Positions 17,328-25,994 of a DNA stretch of 32,000 nucleotides are shown piece by piece. The stretch comes from Candidatus Thorarchaeota archaeon (GTDB taxonomy: Archaea; Asgardarchaeota; Heimdallarchaeia; Hodarchaeales; Hodarchaeaceae). The DNA is taken from contig JBHLRO010000002.1 in NCBI GenBank assembly GCA_048882505.1, forward strand, positions 420,001-452,000, read 5' to 3'. The notes under the pieces are model-generated. The model searched no databases and was not told the DNA's origin. It saw only the letters and a list, made by a program, of their open reading frames with translations. The position numbers and the translations under genes are program-made. Each line of letters opens with the position of its first letter. Within the stretch, counting starts at the first letter, position 1.

Positions 17328-18770
17328 TTATCCTTTCACTACACCAACTGGCTTAACCTGGACAACTTTTTTTACCACGCCAGAATCGTGCATGGCATCC
17401 ACTACTTGTTCTACGTCCTTGTAGGCGCCAGGCGCTTCTTCCGCTACCCCCACGTATGAATGTGCTTTAACGACAATTCCGCGTTCAGCTAATTGTCGTA
17501 CAATATCCTTACCATAGTACTGTTTTTTTGCTCGTTTGCGCGACATACTACGTCCAGCGCCGTGGCATGCACTACCAAAGGTTTCCTGCATACCCAATTC
17601 AGTTCCTGTTAAGATATAGGATGATGTACCCATGGTTCCACCGATAAGGACGGGATGACCCACAGCCTTATATTTTGAAGGAACTTGAGGGTGCTCAGGG
17701 CCGAATGCTCGCGTGGAGCCCTTTCGGTGAACTAAAACTTTTTGACCGTTGTGAGTCTCAAATTTGGATGTATTATGCCCGACATCATAAAGCTGGCGAA
17801 CTTCAGTCCCTAGAACCTTGTGAACGGTCTCACGGACCAGATGAGCAATCACCTGTCGGTTTGCAAACGCGCAATTAATCCCTGAATTTACCGCCGCAAT
17901 GTAATCTTGACCCTCCTTGCTTGTAATCGGGGCTGAGCCCAATTCTTTGTCAGGTAGTGGTAGATTGTATTTTTCGGAAGCCTGAACAAGAACTTTAGAG
18001 TAATCGGTTCCAATTTGGTGACCCAAACCTCGAGAGCCGCAGTGCATCGTTATCAAGAGCTGCTCTGGGAATAATCCGAATTCTTTGGCAATAGCCTCAT
18101 CAAATACCTTACTTACCACTTGCAGCTCCAGATAGTGGTTACCTGACCCTAATGTACCGATCTGGTTATATTGCCGCTTCTTCGCTTTCAAACTGACTTT
18201 TTCGGGATCTGCTCCTTCAATACGTCCATTTTCTTCTGTGTACTCGAGATCCCCTTCAATTCCATACCCTTTTTCCACCATGTACCTTGCCCCTTCTCTC
18301 ATTAGCTCATCTACTTGGGGAATCTCAAGCTCGATCTTTCCGGCTTTACCAAGTCCTGCCGGGATTGTCCGAAACAACTCGTTCATTAACTCTTTTTTCT
18401 GCGGGTTGAGATCAGACACAGTAAGGTCGGTTAACATGGTACGAACTCCGCAATTTATGTCGTAACCAACACCTGCCATACTTACTACCCCTTCCTCTGC
18501 ATCAAATGCGGCTACACCACCGATTGGGAATCCATAGCCTGGGTGGACGTCTGACATCGCCAACATACCGCGCTGAATGCCAGGTAATGATGCTACATTC
18601 ATAATTTGGCGAGTCGCACTCCAATTACGGGTATAATCGCGCTCGAGTTCCTCAATGATAGCCTGGTCACCATAAATATATGCTGGCACCCGCATATCCC
18701 CTCTCTTTTCGATCGTCCAGAGATTCTTTCTGTTTTCCACTTTTTTAAAAATATCAGATCCTTCTGTCAT
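17328..18770 (-). CDS. rtcB: RNA-splicing/repair ligase RtcB
   Basis: DVHPGYGFPIGG, GYDINCG, GTLGSGNHYLE, HCGSRGLGHQI, DVGHN, HRKG, SACHGAGR and EEAPGAYK motifs. Confidence 0.97.
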   Translation of the reverse strand: MTEGSDIFKKVENRKNLWTIEKRGDMRVPAYIYGDQAIIEELERDYTRNWSATRQIMNVASLPGIQRGMLAMSDVHPGYGFPIGGVAAFDAEEGVVSMAGVGYDINCGVRTMLTDLTVSDLNPQKKELMNELFRTIPAGLGKAGKIELEIPQVDELMREGARYMVEKGYGIEGDLEYTEENGRIEGADPEKVSLKAKKRQYNQIGTLGSGNHYLELQVVSKVFDEAIAKEFGLFPEQLLITMHCGSRGLGHQIGTDYSKVLVQASEKYNLPLPDKELGSAPITSKEGQDYIAAVNSGINCAFANRQVIAHLVRETVHKVLGTEVRQLYDVGHNTSKFETHNGQKVLVHRKGSTRAFGPEHPQVPSKYKAVGHPVLIGGTMGTSSYILTGTELGMQETFGSACHGAGRSMSRKRAKKQYYGKDIVRQLAERGIVVKAHSYVGVAEEAPGAYKDVEQVVDAMHDSGVVKKVVQVKPVGVVKG

Positions 18771-19193
18771 TTATACATCCACCAAACATTGAGCTATCCA
18801 TTTGTTGTCCGTAGTTTGTTTTATCTGTAGCTGGGTCCAGGTAGCTGCTTTAACCTCCAGTTTGAGTTTATGGCGGTCAATATTTATCGGTTCACCATAA
18901 ATTTTGGCGACCAGACTGGTATCACTCAATTCTTCAACCTTGAATTGACCGTACATTTTTCCTTCAACATCTTTCAAATACAGGAGTTCACTAAGCCATT
19001 CTAGAAGCAACTCCTCCTGGTTTGATGCCTTTATCTCGATTATCTCGGGTTCACCCAGCTGGAGGTCTTTTGTTTCCACCATAATCTCGAACATAGCAAG
19101 AGCTACCTGTTCAAATGCTTCTAACAAGGTTATACCGATACCTCTAACACCAATGTCCGCTTGATGCTCAAAATACTCATAAGACATAGGCAT
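18771..19193 (-). CDS. Archease (RtcB cofactor, SHS2 domain)
   Basis: YEYFEHQADIG, LLEWLSELLY, EVKAAT and C-terminal VDV. Stop codon abuts the rtcB ATG (TAA-ATG). Start is ATG 19193 or 19187 after GGAG. Confidence 0.93.
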   Translation of the reverse strand: MPMSYEYFEHQADIGVRGIGITLLEAFEQVALAMFEIMVETKDLQLGEPEIIEIKASNQEELLLEWLSELLYLKDVEGKMYGQFKVEELSDTSLVAKIYGEPINIDRHKLKLEVKAATWTQLQIKQTTDNKWIAQCLVDV

Positions 19194-19324
19194 CGACTCC
19201 AACCACGCGAAAAACTCCACGGATTTACTACTTTATGAACTTAGAACTTGGGTTGGCCCTGAAAGCCTCTGATGAAGAGTATTATGATTCGAAAAATAAG
19301 GCCCTGCCTAAAAGAAGAGAGTCC

Positions 19325-19353
19325 AAAAAAAAAAGGGAGGGCATAAATGCCCT
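19325..19353 (-). terminator. Intrinsic (hairpin + U-tract) terminator downstream of the PGF-CTERM surface-protein gene
   Basis: Minus strand reads GAGGGCA-TTTA-TGCCCTC-CC-T9, starting 22 nt after the stop codon. Confidence 0.8.
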
Positions 19354-19375
19354 CAATATGTTGTGTAGTTTCGTG

Positions 19376-21226
19376 TTAGCGTTCTTTGCGCCTTTGTACG
19401 ACTATCACTGCAAGAATGGGTAGAGCAATTACTGCCACGACTAGATCAAAGCCTGGAATAGGAGCTGTACCCGTTCCGTCACCACTTACTGATCCTGCGA
19501 CCGCAGCATACGTGGGGTCATGTGTAATACTCTTACCACCCCACTGTGGATAAGAAACTGAGTATAGGAACGTTTTTCTCTCAACATTACCCCGAATTCC
19601 GCGGATCATATCGGCTTCACTAGATATCTGTCCATATGCGAAGTCGATCAAGCTCATCGGGATAAGTTGCCCTGTGGCATAAACATCAGTTGACCCATCC
19701 CATTTGTAGGGGATATCATCCAACCTGATCTCGCCAAAGGATGCTTGACTGTCACTAAATCGGATTCTTTGTACACGTGACGTGTTTTCAAACTGATCAC
19801 TGATCTCGGTGTCATTATCGTCGGCCCGCCAGCGGATTACTTCTTGTTGTTTCGCATCTACCACAGTAGAGGCCATCAACTGATTGAAAGATAAGCCTGT
19901 GAGCTGACTAGATGTATCCCACTCGCCTATAACATAATCAAACTTAAGATTCGCGGTTCCATCGTCAACACTGAAATGAAACAGGGTCGACACTTCATCA
20001 ATCGTGTGGAGTCCCGACACACTTTCATTAAACATGCTTATGTCTTGATTTCGTTCAATGGGGCGCAGAAAACCCTTCACATTGGCAAAATCGGAACCAA
20101 AATCCAAAATGTTGTTCGTAGTTGTCGGAGGGTGATAGGTTCGTGTATCTATGGAGTGTGTATCAAAACGGAAGAGAGCTTCATCCCCGATGGTCGGATA
20201 AACAAACGAATTTTGGCCGATTGTAACGTTTTTAACGCCAATGTCCATATATCCGTTATTGTTGGTGTCATTATAGACCAAACTGCCCAAGAGATGATGT
20301 TCAATATACTTATAGTCGAAATCGTTGATTAGTAGTCTTTGTCCGATCTTACGTAACGTGAGCTCATTAATTTGAAGTTGAGACACTGAAAATCGACCGC
20401 GTCGGAAGGTCCGAGCATCATTACTGACCCAGTTTACATCGGGATGCGCAAAAGTACGCATCTGGTTAACCGAAGGAAGACGGAAGAGTAATCCAAGTTC
20501 CCTGGCGAGCCATTCATGAGATGTCAGACGAAAAATAAATCGCTTCAATAGCGTAGCATTGGAACCATCGTTGTATTGCCACTCATTTTGAACAATATAC
20601 TTTCCTCTAACTTCGTCCTGCACCAATGACATAAATACACTCGTGAGGATTTCATCGCCCGTAAAGGGTTGGGTATCTAGAGTTTCATTGTTAGCGATTT
20701 TGGTGAATGCCTCAATAACGGATCTATCCTGGTCATAAAAAATTGAAACTGCTTTACGATCGTGTGTACTGTTTATCGCTAGCTGTGAATCGACGTTTTG
20801 GTTGATGGAGAGTGTTGTCTTGCCTTGCACTTCATTGTACAGGTTTGTTAGATACGTTTTTGAGTCATTCTCTACCGCGGGATCGTTTTCAATGGCGTTT
20901 ATTGTTTCGCTTAAAACGTTAATAAAACGAGCGAGGAATATGTTGTGAGTTCTAGTACGTACGCCAGTTACTTGGTATTCATAGGATCCAACGCTGTTAT
21001 AAACATCAAAGTAAACGTTATCAGGCGTGAAATTCGCACTTTGCATACCATGTATTAACCAGAGTAGGTTGCTATGAAGTTGAGTTCGCATGATGCCTTG
21101 TGGACGCTCTGGAACGATGGGGCCAGTCTTAGTTTGACTTATTGTTCCTGTGCTTGGTAGTATTGCCGACGCAATAAGCAACCAACACATCGTTGCCAAT
21201 ATTAGACTTTTTTGAGTTTTACTCAT
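19376..21226 (-). CDS. Secreted/cell-surface glycoprotein with PGF-CTERM-type sorting signal (surface protein A)
   Basis: Signal peptide MSKTQKSLILATMCWLLIASA from ATG 21226. C-terminus PIPGFDLVVAVIALPILAVIVVQRRKER = PGF + TM + basic tail after a Gly/Thr linker. Many N-x-S/T sequons and a DTNNNGYMD Ca-loop-like motif. Confidence 0.88.
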   Translation of the reverse strand: MSKTQKSLILATMCWLLIASAILPSTGTISQTKTGPIVPERPQGIMRTQLHSNLLWLIHGMQSANFTPDNVYFDVYNSVGSYEYQVTGVRTRTHNIFLARFINVLSETINAIENDPAVENDSKTYLTNLYNEVQGKTTLSINQNVDSQLAINSTHDRKAVSIFYDQDRSVIEAFTKIANNETLDTQPFTGDEILTSVFMSLVQDEVRGKYIVQNEWQYNDGSNATLLKRFIFRLTSHEWLARELGLLFRLPSVNQMRTFAHPDVNWVSNDARTFRRGRFSVSQLQINELTLRKIGQRLLINDFDYKYIEHHLLGSLVYNDTNNNGYMDIGVKNVTIGQNSFVYPTIGDEALFRFDTHSIDTRTYHPPTTTNNILDFGSDFANVKGFLRPIERNQDISMFNESVSGLHTIDEVSTLFHFSVDDGTANLKFDYVIGEWDTSSQLTGLSFNQLMASTVVDAKQQEVIRWRADDNDTEISDQFENTSRVQRIRFSDSQASFGEIRLDDIPYKWDGSTDVYATGQLIPMSLIDFAYGQISSEADMIRGIRGNVERKTFLYSVSYPQWGGKSITHDPTYAAVAGSVSGDGTGTAPIPGFDLVVAVIALPILAVIVVQRRKER

Positions 21227-21247
21227 TTTTCTGTCCCTATTATCCTG

Positions 21248-21277
21248 ATTATCATTCTGTTGAATGCATGTGATAAT
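21248..21277. promoter_or_regulatory. Inverted repeat ATTATCA-N16-TGATAAT (nested CATTC-N4-GAATG) just upstream of surface protein A: candidate operator or leader hairpin
   Basis: Seen directly, 22-51 nt upstream of ATG 21226. TATA-like TTTATATG and TTTTTATAAT lie further upstream on the minus strand. Confidence 0.4.
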
Positions 21278-21523
21278 GAAATGTTCCCTTCTTAAATCGC
21301 GTCTTATACGATTATTGAACACGGCCATAAGGAGTTTTTTTATTTATTTCAGCCATTTTGTATGAGTTTTTCTTCAGAGAAGGTCATATAAATCTGAATA
21401 CGATGATTTAATTATAAAAACACGCTGAACAGGAACATCTGGCAAAAAAGAAGTTTCATTGAATGAGATAAAATTGGAAGTGGTGTTTCAACAGTAATAA
21501 TTTCTGATGGTGTAAAAACCAGG

Positions 21524-22405
21524 TCAAAGCAGTGTCGAAACAACCAAACTCAGAATGGAAAACCCGTACAGGATAATAAACACGGGAACAAGGGCCCGCT
21601 CAAATGCAACGGTTTTGATAACCTGAAGGAGTTGAATCACAAAGACCGCAGTTATTATTTGAAGGACAAAGATGAAGAGAATAGAGACCGTTGGATTAGC
21701 TAAAAACGCAGCCAATATGATGAAATCTCTACTTAATATTATCACGGCTGGATACAGAAAGAGCGGGAGTAAGGCAAGTGGGATGCCACTCAAGAGTTCT
21801 CGTGAGAACCCCTTAATGGAGAAATAGCGTGTAATGATCTCGAGACTCAACCAAATAGCAAGAATTGAAACTAAATATTCGCCAAAACAGCCTATCAGGC
21901 CAAAATATAGATTACCATCGAGGTAGAAAGGAATCATCCCTAACTGGGAGAGATCAAGCAATAATATTTGAAGTAGGGTGACTCCAATGACTATCGCATT
22001 GAATTGGCGTGTAAATCCTCGTCTTCGGATAAATTCTCCAAAAAAAACACTAGAAAATCGTTTGGGAGGATGAAAAACGGGCGTGCTGTTATGATTATCA
22101 GCCCTTTGATCGCTCTCATGAAAAGTTTCACCCGATTGAATTAATCCATAGGCCGTTTTCCCTATTTCTGTAAGATAAAACCGTTTCTCCTCATCTTGAG
22201 CAACTAATTGACCCAACTTCTTGACATGAAAATAAAAAGAACCGGGTTTAATTTGAAGCCACTCTACTAGTTCTGTATATTGTACAGCTCGATGAAAGGA
22301 TCCTAAGTATCTCACAATATCGTAACGGATGGCATGCCCAAGGGCAGAATAGAATTCATGCAGAGCTATGGGTTTCTCTGCCACGGGTGCAATACCTACG
22401 TCCAT
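21524..22405 (-). CDS. Membrane-tethered transcriptional regulator: N-terminal ArsR-like winged HTH plus about 5-TM (Yip1-like) domain
   Basis: FYSALGHAIRYDIVRYL...YTELVEWLQIKPGSFYFHVKKL..LVAQDEEKRFYLTEIG is a typical wHTH. C-terminal 160 aa are hydrophobic helices. Confidence 0.85.
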   Translation of the reverse strand: MDVGIAPVAEKPIALHEFYSALGHAIRYDIVRYLGSFHRAVQYTELVEWLQIKPGSFYFHVKKLGQLVAQDEEKRFYLTEIGKTAYGLIQSGETFHESDQRADNHNSTPVFHPPKRFSSVFFGEFIRRRGFTRQFNAIVIGVTLLQILLLDLSQLGMIPFYLDGNLYFGLIGCFGEYLVSILAIWLSLEIITRYFSIKGFSRELLSGIPLALLPLFLYPAVIILSRDFIILAAFLANPTVSILFIFVLQIITAVFVIQLLQVIKTVAFERALVPVFIILYGFSILSLVVSTLL

Positions 22406-22455
22406 TGGGATGCCTCGGCTTACCTTAACAACTCGTAGTACATTGAAAGCTGATT

Positions 22456-23844
22456 TTATGGCTGTTTGGTAAATCTGCGAATAACCACTACGATTCCTAG
22501 GAGAAACCCAGACACCAAGATCATAAGACTGGTTGGTAGCAAAAACGAACGATTAGGTATAGGGAGAATCGGGAGTTCCACGGGATTGATTACCTCAATC
22601 AGAACCTCTGGATCATAAAAAATCTGGTTACCTTGTGGAAAAACGAAAATTCCCGTTAGGAACAACATGGAAACGAGATCGTATGGGGGACTTGGACTAA
22701 CCAATCGGTTCTGTTCCCCAGAAGATAATGATTGGAAATAAACTGGGAAATCTGTACTATCCGCTAAAACAGTGGGAACCCATGTGAAGTTGAGAAAGTC
22801 ACGATTGCCGTTTCCGAACGAGAACCGCGAATTAACGAATCTGTGGCGTGAAAATTCGGTTCCTTGGCTTTTGTTATGTTCTATCTCGTACGATTGGTTT
22901 ATTGAATTGTCCCGTTCCTGAGTAACGAATTTTAAGCGCCCTAGAAGATTGGTTGCTTGCAAAACGTTTCTGGAGAGAGAAAGCTGAATCAGTGGCTTAG
23001 TGATCCGAAATTGCTCTCTTGCAAAAGTAGTGATCTTCAATGCTAGTTTAGAGGTTGGGCTGCTGAAATCCCAACCTGTAATATTCATTGAAAACTTCAA
23101 TCGAGGAGTTAGGCGTAATGCTCTCAGGGGTAGTCTAGTAGGTTTCAACGTGACCTCCAAGTTTCGGCCTTGCGGGCTAATTTGAATCGTTGGAACCTGG
23201 ATTTCCTCTATTATTTCTCGTATCATCGTCAGCTCAAAGGTAAATGCAATCTTTTCTAGTTTTGAAGAGGTGGTTGTAGAATTTCGAGACCTTCTATTAT
23301 AGGAGACATTGAAAGCTGAGAAAATAACTTGATAGTGCAGAGCAGTTGAATTAATTGTTTCATTGAGCTTTTGAACTGAGAATATAATATTCGAGATGTT
23401 CACGCTGCGGATAAGGCGATCTGTTTGACGAGGATCATACCAGCTGTTGTCATTATTATCCTCAAATTCCACCAGATTATCGAGCTGGAATAAGATATGG
23501 TTTGTTGTGTTAAGTTCTAGCTCTTCCACCACCGTTCCACGGGTATTTAGGCGCTCAATTTTAGCGATTCGTTGTGTAAATTCCGTGAAAAAACGAATTG
23601 GCTGTGGATTTTCGGCGTTTCGATGCAAAATTCCGATTCTAGAGGAACCAATGAGGGCCTGGATCGATTTGACGCCGCCCATATAAGGAATTTCGTTTTG
23701 AACGATCTGAAGTGGCATGGCCTGGTTCAAATCATTAGGCCTGTTCGGGATAGCTCCGAGACTTACAATAGGGTTTAAACATAAGATAAAAATAACAGAA
23801 AATCTTGTGGAAAACCCAAAGGATGGCGTAAGTCTAAATCTCAT
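22456..23844 (-). CDS. Secreted, C-terminally membrane-anchored glycoprotein (surface protein B), distant paralogue of surface protein A
   Basis: Signal-like N-terminus, C-terminal TM plus RR, about 10 sequons, and motifs collinear with protein A (DNNDNSWYD; LKFSMNITGWD; FPQGNQIFYDP). Confidence 0.85.
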   Translation of the reverse strand: MRFRLTPSFGFSTRFSVIFILCLNPIVSLGAIPNRPNDLNQAMPLQIVQNEIPYMGGVKSIQALIGSSRIGILHRNAENPQPIRFFTEFTQRIAKIERLNTRGTVVEELELNTTNHILFQLDNLVEFEDNNDNSWYDPRQTDRLIRSVNISNIIFSVQKLNETINSTALHYQVIFSAFNVSYNRRSRNSTTTSSKLEKIAFTFELTMIREIIEEIQVPTIQISPQGRNLEVTLKPTRLPLRALRLTPRLKFSMNITGWDFSSPTSKLALKITTFAREQFRITKPLIQLSLSRNVLQATNLLGRLKFVTQERDNSINQSYEIEHNKSQGTEFSRHRFVNSRFSFGNGNRDFLNFTWVPTVLADSTDFPVYFQSLSSGEQNRLVSPSPPYDLVSMLFLTGIFVFPQGNQIFYDPEVLIEVINPVELPILPIPNRSFLLPTSLMILVSGFLLGIVVVIRRFTKQP

Positions 23845-23986
23845 TAACGAACTCTCAATTGAAGTTGGAAAAAACCTGATTAAAGCGTAGTGTTAAAGGT
23901 TCCCTGAACATATGCTCAAAATGGAGGAGAACAGATTTCCTAAGGATGGTACTCAAAACCAGGGTTAAGTTTCTCAAATGTACTGT

Positions 23987-25324
23987 TCAAGGCATAGATG
24001 AGCCCTGAGATAATGGGAGTTCAAAAAATATGGTAGTCCCAACTCCCTCCGTACTCTCCATCCATATTCTGCCGCCATGGGTCTCCACGATTTTCTTTAC
24101 ATGCGCCAACCCTATTCCTGTACCCTCAATATCTCGAGTTCTCATGCTAGGGGCCCGCGCAAATAAATTAAAGATACGTGACTGAAATTTCTCAGGAACT
24201 CCAATACCATTGTCTCTAACATAAATAGCAATGAAATTTTCATCAATGGCGTGTTTACCAATTTCGATTATAGGAGAAGGATTATCACCGCGATATTTAA
24301 TGCTGTTCCCGATCAAATTACTGAATAATTGCATCATGCGATTCTCTTCAGCATGTATCTGTGGAAATTCGTCTGAAATAACGATCCTAATGTTATTTTT
24401 CTTGATTTGTGTTGTATATTGGCTAAGACATTCCTCTATGATTTCTCGAAGATCTAAATCACGTTTTGGAGTCGTAACTATCCTCCCGATACGCGAATAC
24501 TCTAAAATTTGTTTTATTTGCGTCTCAATTATCTGTACATTCTTAATAATTCTATCTAGATAAAATTGAGCCTCCTCAGGCAGATCCTCTCCATATTCCT
24601 CCTTAATCGCAGCTGTAAACCCCTGAATCGAAATTAAGGGAGCCTTTAGATCATGGCTAATTGTATAGACAAACTCCTCAATCTCCGTATTTTTATTCCT
24701 AAGAGTTTTTGCTTGAACGCTCAATTTCCGTAATAATTCTCGTCGCTGTTCATATTCACGTCGTGCCCGTTCATCTTTTTCTTTAGCAGTCAGATCTAAG
24801 TCTGGAAGTGAACTATCGAGCTGGAAATGCTCAATTATAAAGAAAGCCAGATTTGAAACAGTTTTAAAAAAAGTGAAATCTTTGTGCAAAGGCCTAAAGG
24901 CGGGATCGAAACTAATATAGCCTAAGTACAAATCCTCGGAAAGTTTTTTTCCGTCTGTCCGAATAAGCAAAACCGAATGAATTGTCTTGCCATTTAAAAG
25001 CAATGAAAAACCTGGGGTCTCTTCTAGAGAGTAAAAGCCCACTTCTTCTTCAAATTGTTCGGTCTGAAGACTCTGTAAGAAGCTGCTTAACGAATTAAAG
25101 TCTTCCAATAATTCAGAATTTAGGCTGGCATGTGAAAGAAGCTTGGAACTATCTTGTAGAACAATTAACTCAATGGGGTAGATCTCTGATATGAGTTTAA
25201 GAAGATTTATCATGAAATTATTGAGATTATCAAAATCTAGTAACTCATATGAGAGTGCTAGAATGATCCTTTGCTGGCTTTCTCGTACTACAGTACTGTG
25301 GGCAGACTCTTTTTCTGGATTCAT
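23987..25324 (-). CDS. Cytoplasmic sensor histidine kinase (HisKA + HATPase_c, possible GAF-like N-terminus)
   Basis: H-box YTISHDLKAPL, N-box FSNLIGNSIKY, G1 VRDNGIG, F-box IFNLF and G2 GTGIGLAHVKK. No TM segment seen. Confidence 0.95.
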   Translation of the reverse strand: MNPEKESAHSTVVRESQQRIILALSYELLDFDNLNNFMINLLKLISEIYPIELIVLQDSSKLLSHASLNSELLEDFNSLSSFLQSLQTEQFEEEVGFYSLEETPGFSLLLNGKTIHSVLLIRTDGKKLSEDLYLGYISFDPAFRPLHKDFTFFKTVSNLAFFIIEHFQLDSSLPDLDLTAKEKDERARREYEQRRELLRKLSVQAKTLRNKNTEIEEFVYTISHDLKAPLISIQGFTAAIKEEYGEDLPEEAQFYLDRIIKNVQIIETQIKQILEYSRIGRIVTTPKRDLDLREIIEECLSQYTTQIKKNNIRIVISDEFPQIHAEENRMMQLFSNLIGNSIKYRGDNPSPIIEIGKHAIDENFIAIYVRDNGIGVPEKFQSRIFNLFARAPSMRTRDIEGTGIGLAHVKKIVETHGGRIWMESTEGVGTTIFFELPLSQGSSMP

Positions 25325-25550
25325 GATTCATCTTCTTAAAATGAATGTTTGTTTAATCTCTATTACTGGACTTATAAAATGCTCGGATGACTCATTCTTT
25401 CAAAGCGAAAGCTTACTTCCAGCCTTATCCATGCATTTGGATCAGGCCTGTAAAACCATGTGAAGATCCAGTCTTAAAGCTTCACCACGACCTATAGAAC
25501 AATAAGAATTCTCCCTTCTCCCCCTTTGGGTAAAATTTTTTTAGGGGAGT

Positions 25551-25775
25551 TCATACATTCCTTATTTCTTGAAGATCAGGGTGTTTTTGTTGTAAGGCTC
25601 GTTTGATACCCGCGGCCAATGTCATCTGACTATAAGGACAACCGCGGCAAGCTCCTGTTAGCCGAACTGTGAGGGTTCCAGCCTCATAATCGACAAATTC
25701 AACGTCTCCACCATCTTTTTGGAGATAGGGGCGTAGCTCTTGTAATGATGCGATGATCTCATCTTTGGCTGCCAT
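25551..25775 (-). CDS. NifU C-terminal domain (Nfu-type) Fe-S carrier
   Basis: LRPYLQKDGGDVEFV...VRLTGACRGCPYSQMTL...GI signature with CxxC. ATG 25775 preferred over TTG 25805. Confidence 0.93.
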   Translation of the reverse strand: MAAKDEIIASLQELRPYLQKDGGDVEFVDYEAGTLTVRLTGACRGCPYSQMTLAAGIKRALQQKHPDLQEIRNV

Positions 25776-25994
25776 GGCAATATTCCTTCTACCAAAATCA
25801 GACAAATGACTTGGATGTTAGGTACGGGAAACCCCTTGTGTCTTTTTAGGGTTTCATTAACCATAGTTATGTGTTTGGAAATAGTCCCTTGCGATCGACC
25901 GCTCTAAAATCTGGTGCAGCGAAATAATGAGATCCAATCTAGTTAGATCAATTTTTGGACCTTCAGTCGAGAGAAGAGGAAGGAACTCTGTATA

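Noticed and set aside
19235-19423. 62-aa plus-strand ORF between archease and surface protein A
   Set aside because: It spans the terminator hairpin and the archease promoter region and overlaps the 3' end of gene A; its Lys-rich sequence derives from the A-tract.
23715-23745. GGTTCAAATC, resembling a tRNA T-loop
   Set aside because: No complementary T-stem or cloverleaf, and it lies inside the coding region of surface protein B.
25191-25463. 90-aa plus-strand ORF upstream of the histidine kinase
   Set aside because: It overlaps the kinase 5' end in antisense and has no motif or SD; probably spurious. No response-regulator-like small ORF was found on the minus strand in 25325-25550.
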